This document shows positions 10,601-20,245 of a DNA stretch of 64,000 nucleotides, in pieces. Under the pieces are notes generated by a model, which ran no database searches, was not told the DNA's origin, and saw only the letters and a program-made list of their open reading frames with translations. A program made the position numbers and the translations under genes. This stretch comes from Yuukianura sp. NJ FZ-2021 (taxonomy: Eukaryota), in assembly GCA_046563655.1 (NCBI GenBank), contig JAJCTO010000010.1, positions 620,001-684,000 on the forward strand. Reading direction: 5' to 3'. Each line of letters opens with the position of its first letter. Position 1 is the stretch's first letter.

Positions 10601-12867
10601 GTTGGTCCCACCTGAAGGCATTGGTTAAGGGAAATGTCAGTTGATGTCTTGGCCGAACCGTCAAAAACGACTCGGAGTTTAGTGGTGGTGCTGGACTCCT
10701 TGAGCACAAAGTGGTGTGGGAGGTAGACGACCTTTGACCCAGTTGGAAGTTGCTTTGCTGTCGCTACTTCCATGTGACCCAATTTCTCATATTCATCCAT
10801 GAATTTGACATAGGCAGGATGATGGACTGGGTTGAGTCGCAGCCTCTTTTCCACTTGTTGGAGTCGGCGCACTGCGATGTCGCGGCTGTCACCTAATTTG
10901 AAAATGTTTTCATTGAGTGGCAACCTTACGACGTACCTTCCCTCCTCATTTCGAGTGTGAGTAGCGACGAAATGATCCTCGCAAAATTGCTCCTCGATTG
11001 AGTAGTTTGGTCGCTTGGGCAGCTCCTCCAGTTCCCAGAATTTTTGCAAAATGTCAACACTTGCATGGTTGACGTGAACAATGGGTTGACTGGTTGTACC
11101 CGTCGGTCCTGAGATGACCCAACCAAATGTTGTCTCCTGGGCGATTGGAGTCTGAGGCGAACCGATGATTTTGCCACTGAGTGTGATGAAGGCGGTGAAC
11201 TCAGCTCCGAGAATTATGTCCACGTCTCTGGGATTTGTGTAATTGGGATCTGCCAATTGTATCCCCATGAGGTGAGTCCACTTCTGCGGACTGATTTTGA
11301 ACGATGGCAAAAAACCTGTGACTTTTTGCAAGATTAAGGCATTGACATGAATTTTAAAATTTGAAATGCGTGAGCACAGGTCAAATGTGACTTGACCCAG
11401 TGCCTTCCCAGCATTCGAACCTGAAATTCCTACAATGTTCACATTAGATTTCTTACGTACCAGTTCAAGTTTTGTCACACAGCGATCAGAGATGAAATTG
11501 GATTCTGACCCCTGATCCAGTAGGATACGGCATTCTTGGAATTCGCCTGCTGAGTCGATCAGTTTGACAACGGCAGTACTTAACAGTACTTTGGAGGTGG
11601 AGCAATGATTTGCCAATGTTGAAGTCTCCACATCATTCTGTTGTGACGTAGAGTGAGCCTTAGCCGTGTCAAAATGAAGTAGAGTGTTGTGTGGCTCTTG
11701 ACATGTCCGGCATCTGTACTTGGACTGGCACTTTCCAACATTGTGCTTGGAACTGAGACAGTTAGTGCAAAGATTTTTCTTTTTGACGAAACTGAACCTG
11801 TCCTTCACTGATAATTGTAGCCACTTATCACATTTGAACAAACCATGTTCACCCTGGCACTGTGGACAAGTGAACTTATGTTTTTGTTCAATGGACTTGC
11901 CTTCTGTGAAACTGGAGTGAGCCTTACTTTGGCCAGAAGATCCGGAGGATGATGATGATCCAGTGGATTTGAGTCCCCGGATGTAATTTTCCAGAAATTC
12001 CTTTGTTTCGGAGAATTTCGGAACCTCAGAGCCCTTTAGTTGCTTGGTCCAGTCACGGCGGCAGTCTGGATCCATCTTTTCCTTGAGAAGATAAACGATT
12101 ATGGAATCCCAGTGTTCTGTTGGTTCGTTGAGGGTCTCTAACTGTGTGAGAGACTCCTTGAAGCAATCAATCAGTTTCCTCAACTGAGCTGAATTTTCAT
12201 GTTTCAGTTTTGGGAAATTGACAAGTTTTTCAATTAGTGTAAAGATGAGTTCTCTTCGGTTATGGTACCGTTCCTCCATCAGCTGCCATGCTCCTTGGAA
12301 GTTGTCATCAGTGATGGGAGTGCCCTTGATGACAGTAGCAGCTTCACCCTTGAGAGCGGAGTGGAGGTACCAGAACTTGACACTGTTCGGTAAGGTGGTA
12401 TTGTTGATGACTGTGCTGCGGAATAAATCCCGAAAAGTCAGCCAATCTTCATACTTTCCGTCGAAAGTTGGTAGGGACATCTTCGGAAAGTAAGAGTGGA
12501 CATTGTGGTGATGTGACTGTGCAGAAGTTGAAGGAACTGATGGACCAGGTACTGATGATGGAGTTGGTACTGGCTGAATTGACATCAGCTTTTCATTCAT
12601 TGTTCCAATTATTGTGACGAATTCGATGTAGGTCTTGGAATGATCTTCAATATCTTCATCGTTTGTCGTGGCGATGATGATCTTGTTGTGTAGAGTGTCG
12701 AGGTCATTCCTGACTCTGATCAGTTCCTTTTCTGCAGTTTTGATTGTTGGATTTGGTGTTTGCTCATTGTATAGTGCGATGACCCTGTTGTGCATAAGGA
12801 TCTGTTGGCCCAAACTCTGACGTAGTTTCAGAAGATCTGCCAATGATGTCTTTGATACTGCTGCCAT
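7687..12867 (-). CDS. BEL/Pao Gag-Pol polyprotein (gag, aspartic protease, RT, RNase H, integrase), ~1726 aa
   Basis: Zn knuckles, LLDQGSE, FYVDD, FSDASE, H..H..C..C, GVDFAGP / SDCGSNF / WEAGVKS DDE core, C-terminal GxDGxVRVV..RPVSK; first ATG at 12867. Confidence 0.96.
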   Translation of the reverse strand: MAAVSKTSLADLLKLRQSLGQQILMHNRVIALYNEQTPNPTIKTAEKELIRVRNDLDTLHNKIIIATTNDEDIEDHSKTYIEFVTIIGTMNEKLMSIQPVPTPSSVPGPSVPSTSAQSHHHNVHSYFPKMSLPTFDGKYEDWLTFRDLFRSTVINNTTLPNSVKFWYLHSALKGEAATVIKGTPITDDNFQGAWQLMEERYHNRRELIFTLIEKLVNFPKLKHENSAQLRKLIDCFKESLTQLETLNEPTEHWDSIIVYLLKEKMDPDCRRDWTKQLKGSEVPKFSETKEFLENYIRGLKSTGSSSSSGSSGQSKAHSSFTEGKSIEQKHKFTCPQCQGEHGLFKCDKWLQLSVKDRFSFVKKKNLCTNCLSSKHNVGKCQSKYRCRTCQEPHNTLLHFDTAKAHSTSQQNDVETSTLANHCSTSKVLLSTAVVKLIDSAGEFQECRILLDQGSESNFISDRCVTKLELVRKKSNVNIVGISGSNAGKALGQVTFDLCSRISNFKIHVNALILQKVTGFLPSFKISPQKWTHLMGIQLADPNYTNPRDVDIILGAEFTAFITLSGKIIGSPQTPIAQETTFGWVISGPTGTTSQPIVHVNHASVDILQKFWELEELPKRPNYSIEEQFCEDHFVATHTRNEEGRYVVRLPLNENIFKLGDSRDIAVRRLQQVEKRLRLNPVHHPAYVKFMDEYEKLGHMEVATAKQLPTGSKVVYLPHHFVLKESSTTTKLRVVFDGSAKTSTDISLNQCLQVGPTVQGDIFTLLLQFRKYPIALKGDVTKMYRQFLVHKNDQCLQSILWRKSHLDPIQEFRLKTITYGTASAPFSAVRCLRQLAIDDGDKFPLARNALLNNFYVDDFMGGSETEAETIKLRQELTALVSCAKLEIRKFDSNSISVLKSIPDQLCEVNPNIDASTLNDSKALGVSWDSKSDTFHFSGYEPKAMTKLTKRTVLAEISRVFDPLGFLAPLTIVAKIFLQKLWLEAVNSKRLQWDDELPAELQEQWTQHQGHMVNICKVKVPRCIKPAGNLKIEIHAFSDASESAYCGAVFLRVFFQDSIAVNLIAAKTKVAPLKQQSLPKLELCGAHLVSKLVMSVLESTKINAQVTAWSDSEIVLNWLRLQSRQLKTFVANRVSAIQEKIPAKSWKFIPGLQNPADCGTRGMTSTELLNCDLWWHGPSFLQKPGNTTFETQDVSQIPEVRKVLTSKVVGDFTILSRFSNLNKLIHVICYVKRFVNNLKVHTGHCHPKVLTVNGPLTVEERTCAVSTLLKLAQQQDFQQDLDDLKVKGKVSNESKLVALSPFLDRHGILRVGGRLGNSSLPESQKHQIILNGKNPLATLIIRHKHIQLHHAGYQLLWSTMQTEYWFLKARITIRQILRLCMTCKKLKVKVTEQLMGQLPKGRTNPSPPFTHAGVDFAGPFVLQELTGRGKKHFNGYFCIFVCFATKAVHLEAVTALSTEAFIATLKRFVSRRGLPVAMYSDCGSNFVGAERELREVVQQQKFNSAISDFLGDRGVQWHFNPPSAPSQGGYWEAGVKSTKYHLRRIIGSTTLTLEELFTVLCQVEAVLNSRPICPLSPDPNDLEPLTPGHFLINNALCAIPDPDLTNQKENRLSRWQRTTQMVQHFWTRWHKEYINSLQQKNKWRSQNRNIAVGDLVIIKEDDTPQLKWRMGRVLETFPGQDGLVRVVKLKTNKDSVKRPVSKVCVLLPAEDQNNDDPAIYRMKRKSTK

Positions 12868-12985
12868 GTCTGTCAGTCTCAAAGAACAACAATTAACCAA
12901 ACTAGAATGTTATTGGATGATTTGACCTTAAACGTTTGTCGTCGGTTGATGCTGCATGTAGTCTTCCGTTGACATCCGCTCAAGG

Positions 12986-13003
12986 TCCCGGCTTTCGGCA
13001 CCA
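12986..13003 (-). promoter_or_regulatory. Primer-binding site, tRNA-Phe type
   Basis: Minus strand TGGTGCCGAAAGCCGGGA, one mismatch to the complement of the eukaryotic tRNA-Phe 3' end; adjacent to the 5' LTR. Confidence 0.8.
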
Positions 13004-13008
13004 AAAAA

Positions 13009-13365
13009 TGTTGCTTTTTGATGCAAATGATCAATTGGGAGAGCAGTTGAAATGATTGTCTTTGATTTTGATTTTATTAATTACTAATTTAAACTTAATC
13101 GTGAGAAGTTGCGAATTGAAAAGTGCGAAGTTAAAATCTGACTTAATGAATGAATTGAAGTGTAAGTAAAGACTATGACTTGTATTCCTATATTTAGACT
13201 ATTGAAGTTGCGTTGGTTCTTGCTTTTTGTTGACCGTTAGATGCTACTTATATCCTAAGGCAAAAGTCAACACTCTTCCTATTTTTAGGCTACAAAGTAG
13301 ATGCTATTCTAAAAGTCTATGTCGTACATTTGTTATTCTAAATCTATGTGGTAAAAGCCACAACA
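13009..13365 (-). repeat. 5' LTR of BEL/Pao B
   Basis: Direct repeat of 6829-7185. Confidence 0.97.
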
Positions 13366-13370
13366 CTCCA

Positions 13371-14520
13371 ATTCACAAACACTCTCATCTGAGCATCTAA
13401 AGGAGCAACGTAAGGTCAAGGTCTTAACTGTTCAACTTTATTTCCCCATATTGAATAGGTACTCGTCATTTTTGCAACTCCTACGTGTCATCGGGTCACT
13501 TCTCGGGTTCATGTGAAACGGGGTGAGTACAATTGATCTTTGATCCAACCGAACACCCTCTGATCATTCACGGGAAGTCATCAGTGACCGAGCTACTCGT
13601 CCGGCATTACCACCACAAGCATCATCATGCTGGGAATCGTCTTCTACTCTCACTGCTCCGCCAGGACTATTGGATTGTCCACGCACGAGATTTGATCAAA
13701 TCTGTCATTTCTCGCTGCCTCAGATGTAAGGTGTTGAAACAAAAGACGGCAACACAACTAATGGGTACACTGCCTCAACTAAGAGTCACGATGTCACCTA
13801 CGTTCCATCACACGGGTCTGGACTACGCTGGTCCATATACACTCCAATCTGTCAAAGTGCGAGGCCAGAAACAATTCAAGGGCTACTTCTGCATCTTCAT
13901 CTGCCTCTCTACCAAAGCCGTTCACATGGAGTTCGGAACCGAACTATCCACCGAATCCTTCCTCGGGACTTTCAAACGGTTTGTATCACGTCGTGGTAAC
14001 CCACTGCATTTATATTCTAATTGTGGTACAAATTTTGTGGGTGCTAACAACGAGTTGATGGATTTGGTGAACTCTCAACAGTTCAACTCGGAAGTCTCTC
14101 CTTACTTTGCAGAATCACAGAGTCACTGGCATTTTAACCCTCCGTCTGCTCCTGATCATGGTGGAATTTGGGAGGCAGCAGTACGTTCTGTCAAATTTCA
14201 TTTGAAGAGGATCATGGGGACCACCACTTTAACGCTTGTGGAATTTGCTACAATTCTTTGCCAAGCGGAAGCAGCGCTGAACTCCCGACCTTTTCTACAA
14301 ATGTCCAGTGACACATCCGACTTAGGTGTGATCACATCTGGCCACTTCCTCGTCGACAGACCCCTTCTTTCCGCTCCTCAACCAGATCATGCTGATGTCA
14401 AGGTCAATCGCTTTTCGCGTTGGCAGTTGCAGGAAAAGCTATTTCAAACGTTCTGGCAGGTCTGGTATCTCGAATACCTCACATCCCTCCTACAACGAGT
14501 TAAGTGGACCAAGAAGAACA
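13371..14520 (+). pseudogene. BEL/Pao A integrase region (internal deletion, truncated)
   Basis: HHAG..YWI..CLRC, GLDYAGP, YSNCGTNF (catalytic D to N), WEAAVRS; homology ends near 14520. Confidence 0.9.
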
Positions 14521-17500
14521 ACACTCCTCCATATTACGGTGGATTTTACCAACAGAGGCCCAGTGCATATCCAAACCCCGGGCAGGGAAACTTCCAAGGG
14601 CGAGCCAATCAAGGCTCGCCTCAACAGTGACGAGGGCAAGAACACTTTTTCCGCAACTCGGAAACAGGACTGATCAAAGGGAACAACCGGAAAAATTCAA
14701 ATTTAAAATTCCAAACACCAGAGAAATCAAAATTCATTGTGTGGCCGGAAATGAAGGTGGATCGAAGGTAGAAGTTAAGATAAAAATCGGAAGCCGGGAC
14801 ATAGTCGCCGTTATTGACTCGGAATCTCCTTTGTGCATCATCAAGGCCTCTCTAGCGGAAGGATTCAGGAAAATTCCAAATACTGTGGCAAGATTAAATC
14901 ATTTACAAGGAAAACTGAAGGACAAGGGCGTTGTGTTCGTTCCAATTGAGTTTGGAATGCTGACAGTAGATTACCCTTGCATTGCCATTGATGACATTGA
15001 AGACGATTTACTAATTGGCGAGGACTTTTTAGAAAAGTTCCTAATCCACATGGACCCCGAAGCAAGAATGTGTAGGTCACGAAGAACAGGAAATGTGCCT
15101 TACGTTTCACAGAAAGTTGACCTTTGGAGCCATCATGGTATCCACATTGATCAAGCGGAAAAACAAGAAATTCCAAGTAACAGACCTCGAATTCTTAAAA
15201 TTCGAGCTGACGAGAAAACAAAAATTCCAGCACGATCAAGGATCCTTCTCCCAATTCAACCAACGGGGCTAAGGTCAAATGAAGAATGTATTTTAAATGG
15301 ATCAGAAAAAATTTACAAAAGTTGCCGCTTACTTATTCCAAGAATGCTGATCAATGGCGAAACACAAGCCATCGTGGTGACTAATCCAACAGAGGAAGAT
15401 TCATTCATCAACAAGGACACAATTTTGGGAACGGAAATCGAGAAGGATGAGTATGAAGATTTGACATCGAGGTCACAGGAAAAATCAAGAATTCGTGTCA
15501 ACCGCATTTCAATCGAGGACGAGCAAAAACTGGACATCAACCCTGATTTAGACAAAGAGGACAAGAGAAAATTGCTGGAGGTGATTCAGAAACATGAAAA
15601 AGCATTCTCTTGGAACAGCCAAAACATGGGAAGGACGGGACGTTTGAAATTTAAGATCAACACGGGTGACCATCCGCCTAAGCGAATAAGACCATACCCA
15701 GCGTCAGAGAAAGTTAGAGAAGAAATTCGGAAGGAAGTTAAAAGAATGATGGAATTGGACCTCATCGAGCCAAGTTCATCACCATGGTCAAGCCCAGTCC
15801 ACATGGTAGCCAAAAAGGACAGCACTGCGAAACGATTCACGACAGACTTCAGGTTTCTGAATTCTATTACAACCAACGTCACGGCCTACCCTTTGCCTAG
15901 AATCGAAGACATCCTGTCCAGCCTAAGGAACGCAAAATTTATCACCGTGATGGGTTTATACGCTGGATTTTGGCAGATCGAACTGGATGACAACGACAAA
16001 GAAAAAACAGCTTTTGCTACACCAGAGGGGCTATTCCAGTACAAAGTGCTACCGATGGGCATTGCTGGAGCACCGGGTCATTTTAGCAAACTAATGGACG
16101 TAATCTTAGCGGGCCTCAAACCGGAAGTAGTTGCATCTTACGTCGACGATTTGATTATCCACAGTCTCACAATTGACGAACATGCTGAGAAATTGGACAA
16201 GGTTCTATCCAGAATCGAAGATGAAGGCTTGACCCTTCAACCGAAGAAGTGCCACGTTGGATACCGGGAAACCAGGGTCCTCGGATTCGTCGTGGGGAAT
16301 GGGGGAATCAAGATGGACGAAAGTGTACTGGCTGGAGTTAAGGACCTCCCCACACCCACCAAGGTCAAGAAGTTACAGCAAGCGCTAGGATTGTTCAATC
16401 ATTACCGAAGATTCATCCCCGGATATGCTCAAAAAATGGCGCCATTGTACAATCTTTTGAAAAAAGACGCAAAATTCCAGTGGGGAAAGGACGATGAAGA
16501 CGCTTTCACCTTTGCAAAAGAAGCCCTCGTATCAGAACCGATACTTGCCTTATTTCAACCAGGGTTGGAGACCAGGCTGCAGACAGATGCAAGCACAGTG
16601 GGAATCGGAGCCACCCTGACCCAGATCCAGAAGGATGGAACCGAAAGACCTGTGGCATTTATTAGTAGGACGTTGACCCACGCGGAACAGAGATGGACAA
16701 CAACGGAACAGGAATTGCTGGCGATTGTTTTTGCGTTGAAGAAACTAAAACAATTCCTAGATGGTCACCCAGTCAAGATTTATACCGATCATCACGCTCT
16801 ATGCTGGATCCTGCAAGCGAAGAAAGAAGAAATTAGTCCGAAGTTGCCTCGAATGGCCATTGAACTCTCCGAATTCGATATTACGGGGATCTACTACATC
16901 AAGGGGAAGAATAATCATGTGCCGGACGCCCTATCCAGATGCCCATGCGTCCCAAAAGATCCGATCCAGCAGGAGAAAGCGACAAAAAACCGGAAACCAG
17001 AAGAAGTCCGAATCATGTCAATAAGACCCGAGACCTTAGCAGAGTTGCAGAAGCGCAACACCAAAATGGAAGCAATTCGTAAGAAGGTCTCGGATGAAAA
17101 CGGAATTCATTATCGGATTATCAACGACATCCTATATTTTTTGGACGGAAGTGGCGAAACTAAGCCTTGCATTCCAGAGGAACTGCAGGACGAAGTTCTA
17201 GCTTCCTGCCATGACGACCCTCTGAGTGGCCACCTTGGATTCACGAAGACTTATGACCGTGTCAGAGGACGCTATTTTTGGCCAAAATTGAAGAAAAGTG
17301 TCAACTTGTGACGTCATGCCACGAGTGCCAGCTAAGAAAAATTCCAAGGAGAAAGCCTTACGGAGAAATGCAGTTTATTCCAGTACCGGATCAAGCATTC
17401 GACCACGTCCAAATTGATGTGATGGCGCCATTTAATAGGTCAGCTAAAGGAAATAAGTACGTAGTCACCGCAGTGGACTACCTGACGAAGTGGATTGAAG

Positions 17501-18605
17501 CGAAGGCCCTTAGAAATGCGGACACGCTCGAATTGGCAAAATTTCTGGTGGACCAAGTGATGTGTCGCCACGGCTGCCCAAGGGTCATCCAAAGTGATCA
17601 AGGAAGCATCCTGAGGAGCGATCTTTTCAAAAATATCAACCATCTGCTAGGAATTGACCACAACAAAAGCACCGCCTACCATCCACAATCGCAGGGACTT
17701 GTAGAAAAGTCGCATTCAACACTGACGGACTGTATTTCCATGTACGTCAGCACTAATCAGTAGGATTGGGACATTTTTCTACCACATTTGGTCTTTGCCT
17801 ACAATACTTCAACTCAAAAGACCACTAGAGTGTCACCTTTCTTCCTGATGTACGGCCGAGAAGCTAAATTACCAGCTTTAGCGCTACTGCCGGAATATAC
17901 AGCATGCCAGGAGGGCGACGATCTTCACAAGAGGATTTCCGAGGCCAGGATGCTTGCAAAAGTGCACATCGAGCAGGAACAACAAAGGTACTCCGGAAGG
18001 GTCAATGCAAAATTGACTCCACCACCGGAATTCGAAATTGGATCCGAAGTCGTCATTAGAAAATTTGCAAAAAAGAAAGGACTTTGGCCAAACTCATGGA
18101 GTACTTCAGTGGTCCCTACATTGTTATGGAAAAGAGGTCACCAGTCAACTACGTAGTGGAATATTCGGCTGGCAAAGCTAAGCACCGCAAAACAGTCCAT
18201 GTAGATAAGATGAAACCGTATTTACGGAGGAATAAGGATTTGCATCTTATTCATGAAAAAGGAGACGAAGGCGAAGGAAATGCAGATTCAGGCTTTACAA
18301 ATGAAGATCCACCAAGAGAGCCACCAAAAACTACAACCGATGAGGAGGAGAACAGGGGGGAAGACAAATTAGGAACAATGAACATGACGGGAGACGCTCC
18401 GAATCAATCCACAGACTCAAATCATGATCTTAGCAAAGGAATAGGATCTAGAAAAGATGACGTCATGAAAAACTTAACGGAAGATGGAAAATTGCTTAAA
18501 AGTCAAAATCAAGATCTAACTATCCACACATCTACTCAACGTTACAATTTGAGACCCAGAAGGAAAAACAACCAAATTGTGAAGAAACAAAAGTAACTAC
18601 AGGTG
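14521..18605 (+). mobile_element. Decayed Ty3/Gypsy element: end of gag, protease, RT, RNase H, integrase
   Basis: AVIDSE protease relic, SSPWSSP, YPLPRI, YVDD, TDAS..GIGA, ELLAIV, TDH, GHLG..KT, QIDV / SDQG / GLVE, GPY module; frameshifts near 17305 and 18085, stop at 17761; no LTR seen. Confidence 0.92.
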
Positions 18606-18790
18606 AGTAGCATGATTAGTGTGTCCAAGAACGTAAAACGTTTTAGTTTCGTTGTGTGACTCAAGGTAAATTGCATTCTGTTTTTAAGTTTGAGGTTTTC
18701 AGGCATGAGTCATTGAGCTTGGTTTATGTATCCTATTTCGGAAAACGTTTCCTTTCGTAAGGTGACTCAGCGAAATAAGGCGGGGATAAG
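18606..18790 (+). repeat. Left TIR of Maverick copy 1
   Basis: Reverse complement of 52834-53018 with a few substitutions. Confidence 0.9.
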
Positions 18791-19037
18791 TCATGCAATT
18801 ATGCAAGGTTAAATGATGGCATTTTAAGATCTTTGGAAGACTTGTATTTGGTCCAAAGTCCGACCAGTTTTCAAGGACGGATGTGAGTCACGACCGTAAG
18901 TGCGCACGTGCGTACAAAGTCCAGAATTGTATTTTCATCGTCATTTCAACTTGTACTATTACTAGTCGACCCTAAAATTAGGTTTTGCGCATGTATATAT
19001 AGTTAGGTTTGAGTTGTAAGAAGTCAGTCAAAGAAAT

Positions 19038-19969
19038 ATGGAGGTCCTCATGAGTTATGAGGGGAGATTACAAACTTTTCGGAACGCTCAACTAAGATGG
19101 CCATTGAATTTTGTGACCCCGGAAGCATGTTCGTTTGCGGGATTTTACTACCTCGGAGTAGATGACAAGGTGGGTAATTTTCAGCTTTATGTGAAAAGAT
19201 AACGTGGGTAGATGACATGGTGGGTAATTTGCAAATTTCTTTAAAATTTTTAAAAAAAGTGTTAATATTTTTTCTGTCGTAAATCAGGTTGCGTGTCCGT
19301 ATTGCCGAGGTGTCGTCGGGGAGTGGGTGGTTGGTGATGAGCCGTTGTTGGAGCACCGCAAACATTTCCCACGTTGTCCTTATGTTGTAGTCATGACCGG
19401 TCTACTATCCGGGGTTGGGTTTGTTACCGTTCCGGATGTAACTGGGACCCACGGAATCGAGGCGACCGGAGCAACGAGAATTGATGTTTTCGAATATGTG
19501 AGCACAGGAACCGGTATGCGCAGCGCGGTAGCTTCTGATGTTTCCTACCGACCCTGACCAGCCGGGAACAGATGCTGCCAGTGCTGAAACGGGAGGAACC
19601 GAGTTGGTCGCAGCAACCGCGCCCGAAACCGACGTTCCCGGCGATGGAGGAGCCGATTTGGCCGGGGCTGCAACACGTAACGTGGCAGAAATAACTACCC
19701 TCGAAACTAATATACCCAGTGTAAGAGGAACTGATGTTGCCGGGACAACTGAACACGTTTTAACAGCGGCATCCGGCGCTTTGGTTTCTGGTGTTAGGAA
19801 AGACGACTCTGGCAACAGCCTTACTTGTAAGATTTGTTGGGACAAAGAAGCTTGCGACGTGTTCTTGCCATGTAAACATTTGGTTGCATGTCGTAAATGT
19901 TCATTGTCATTAAAAAGTTGTGCAGTTTGCAGAGAACCTATACTAATTAGATTTAGGGTGTATACCTAG
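19038..19969 (+). pseudogene. iap: IAP (BIR+RING), copy 1; exons 19038-19169 and 19288-19969, +1 frameshift near 19545
   Basis: Same structure as the intact copy at 35285-36215. Confidence 0.88.
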
Positions 19970-20245
19970 TCAAGTGTTGATATTTTGTGTCAAGTTTCCC
20001 AAGTCCTCCCACAACCCAATTCAAGTAAATGTTGAATTGAGTTGTGGGATGACTTTTGTTGCTGTGAGTTCGAATCCTACGTTGAGAAATGAATAAAAAA
20101 AATCGAATCCTACGTTGAGAAATGAATAAAAAAAATCGATTCAAGTTTTATGTTTTCGTTTGAGGTACGTTTTGTGAATTACTATTTAATGAAGTGAAAG
20201 TTTTGAGGAAGTGAGCATTTGCTGTGCGGGCTAAGAGGAAGAAGC

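Larger units (their letters stand above)
6829..13365 (-). mobile_element. Intact BEL/Pao LTR retrotransposon B (6537 bp)
   Basis: Two 357-bp TG..CA LTRs that read identical, 5-bp TSD CTCCA (6824-6828, 13366-13370), PBS, PPT (TTTGGGGCCCGGCA on minus strand next to 7185), one uninterrupted ORF. Confidence 0.97.
2630..14520 (+). mobile_element. Degenerate BEL/Pao LTR retrotransposon A (no LTRs seen), interrupted by three insertions
   Basis: Colinear gag, protease, RT, RNase H and integrase fragments homologous to the intact BEL polyprotein at 7687-12867; many stops and frameshifts. Confidence 0.9.

Noticed and set aside
13533..14630. Novel integrase fused to a Q/G/P-rich tail
   Set aside because: Read-through across the BEL/Gypsy deletion junction; a catalytic Asp is mutated.
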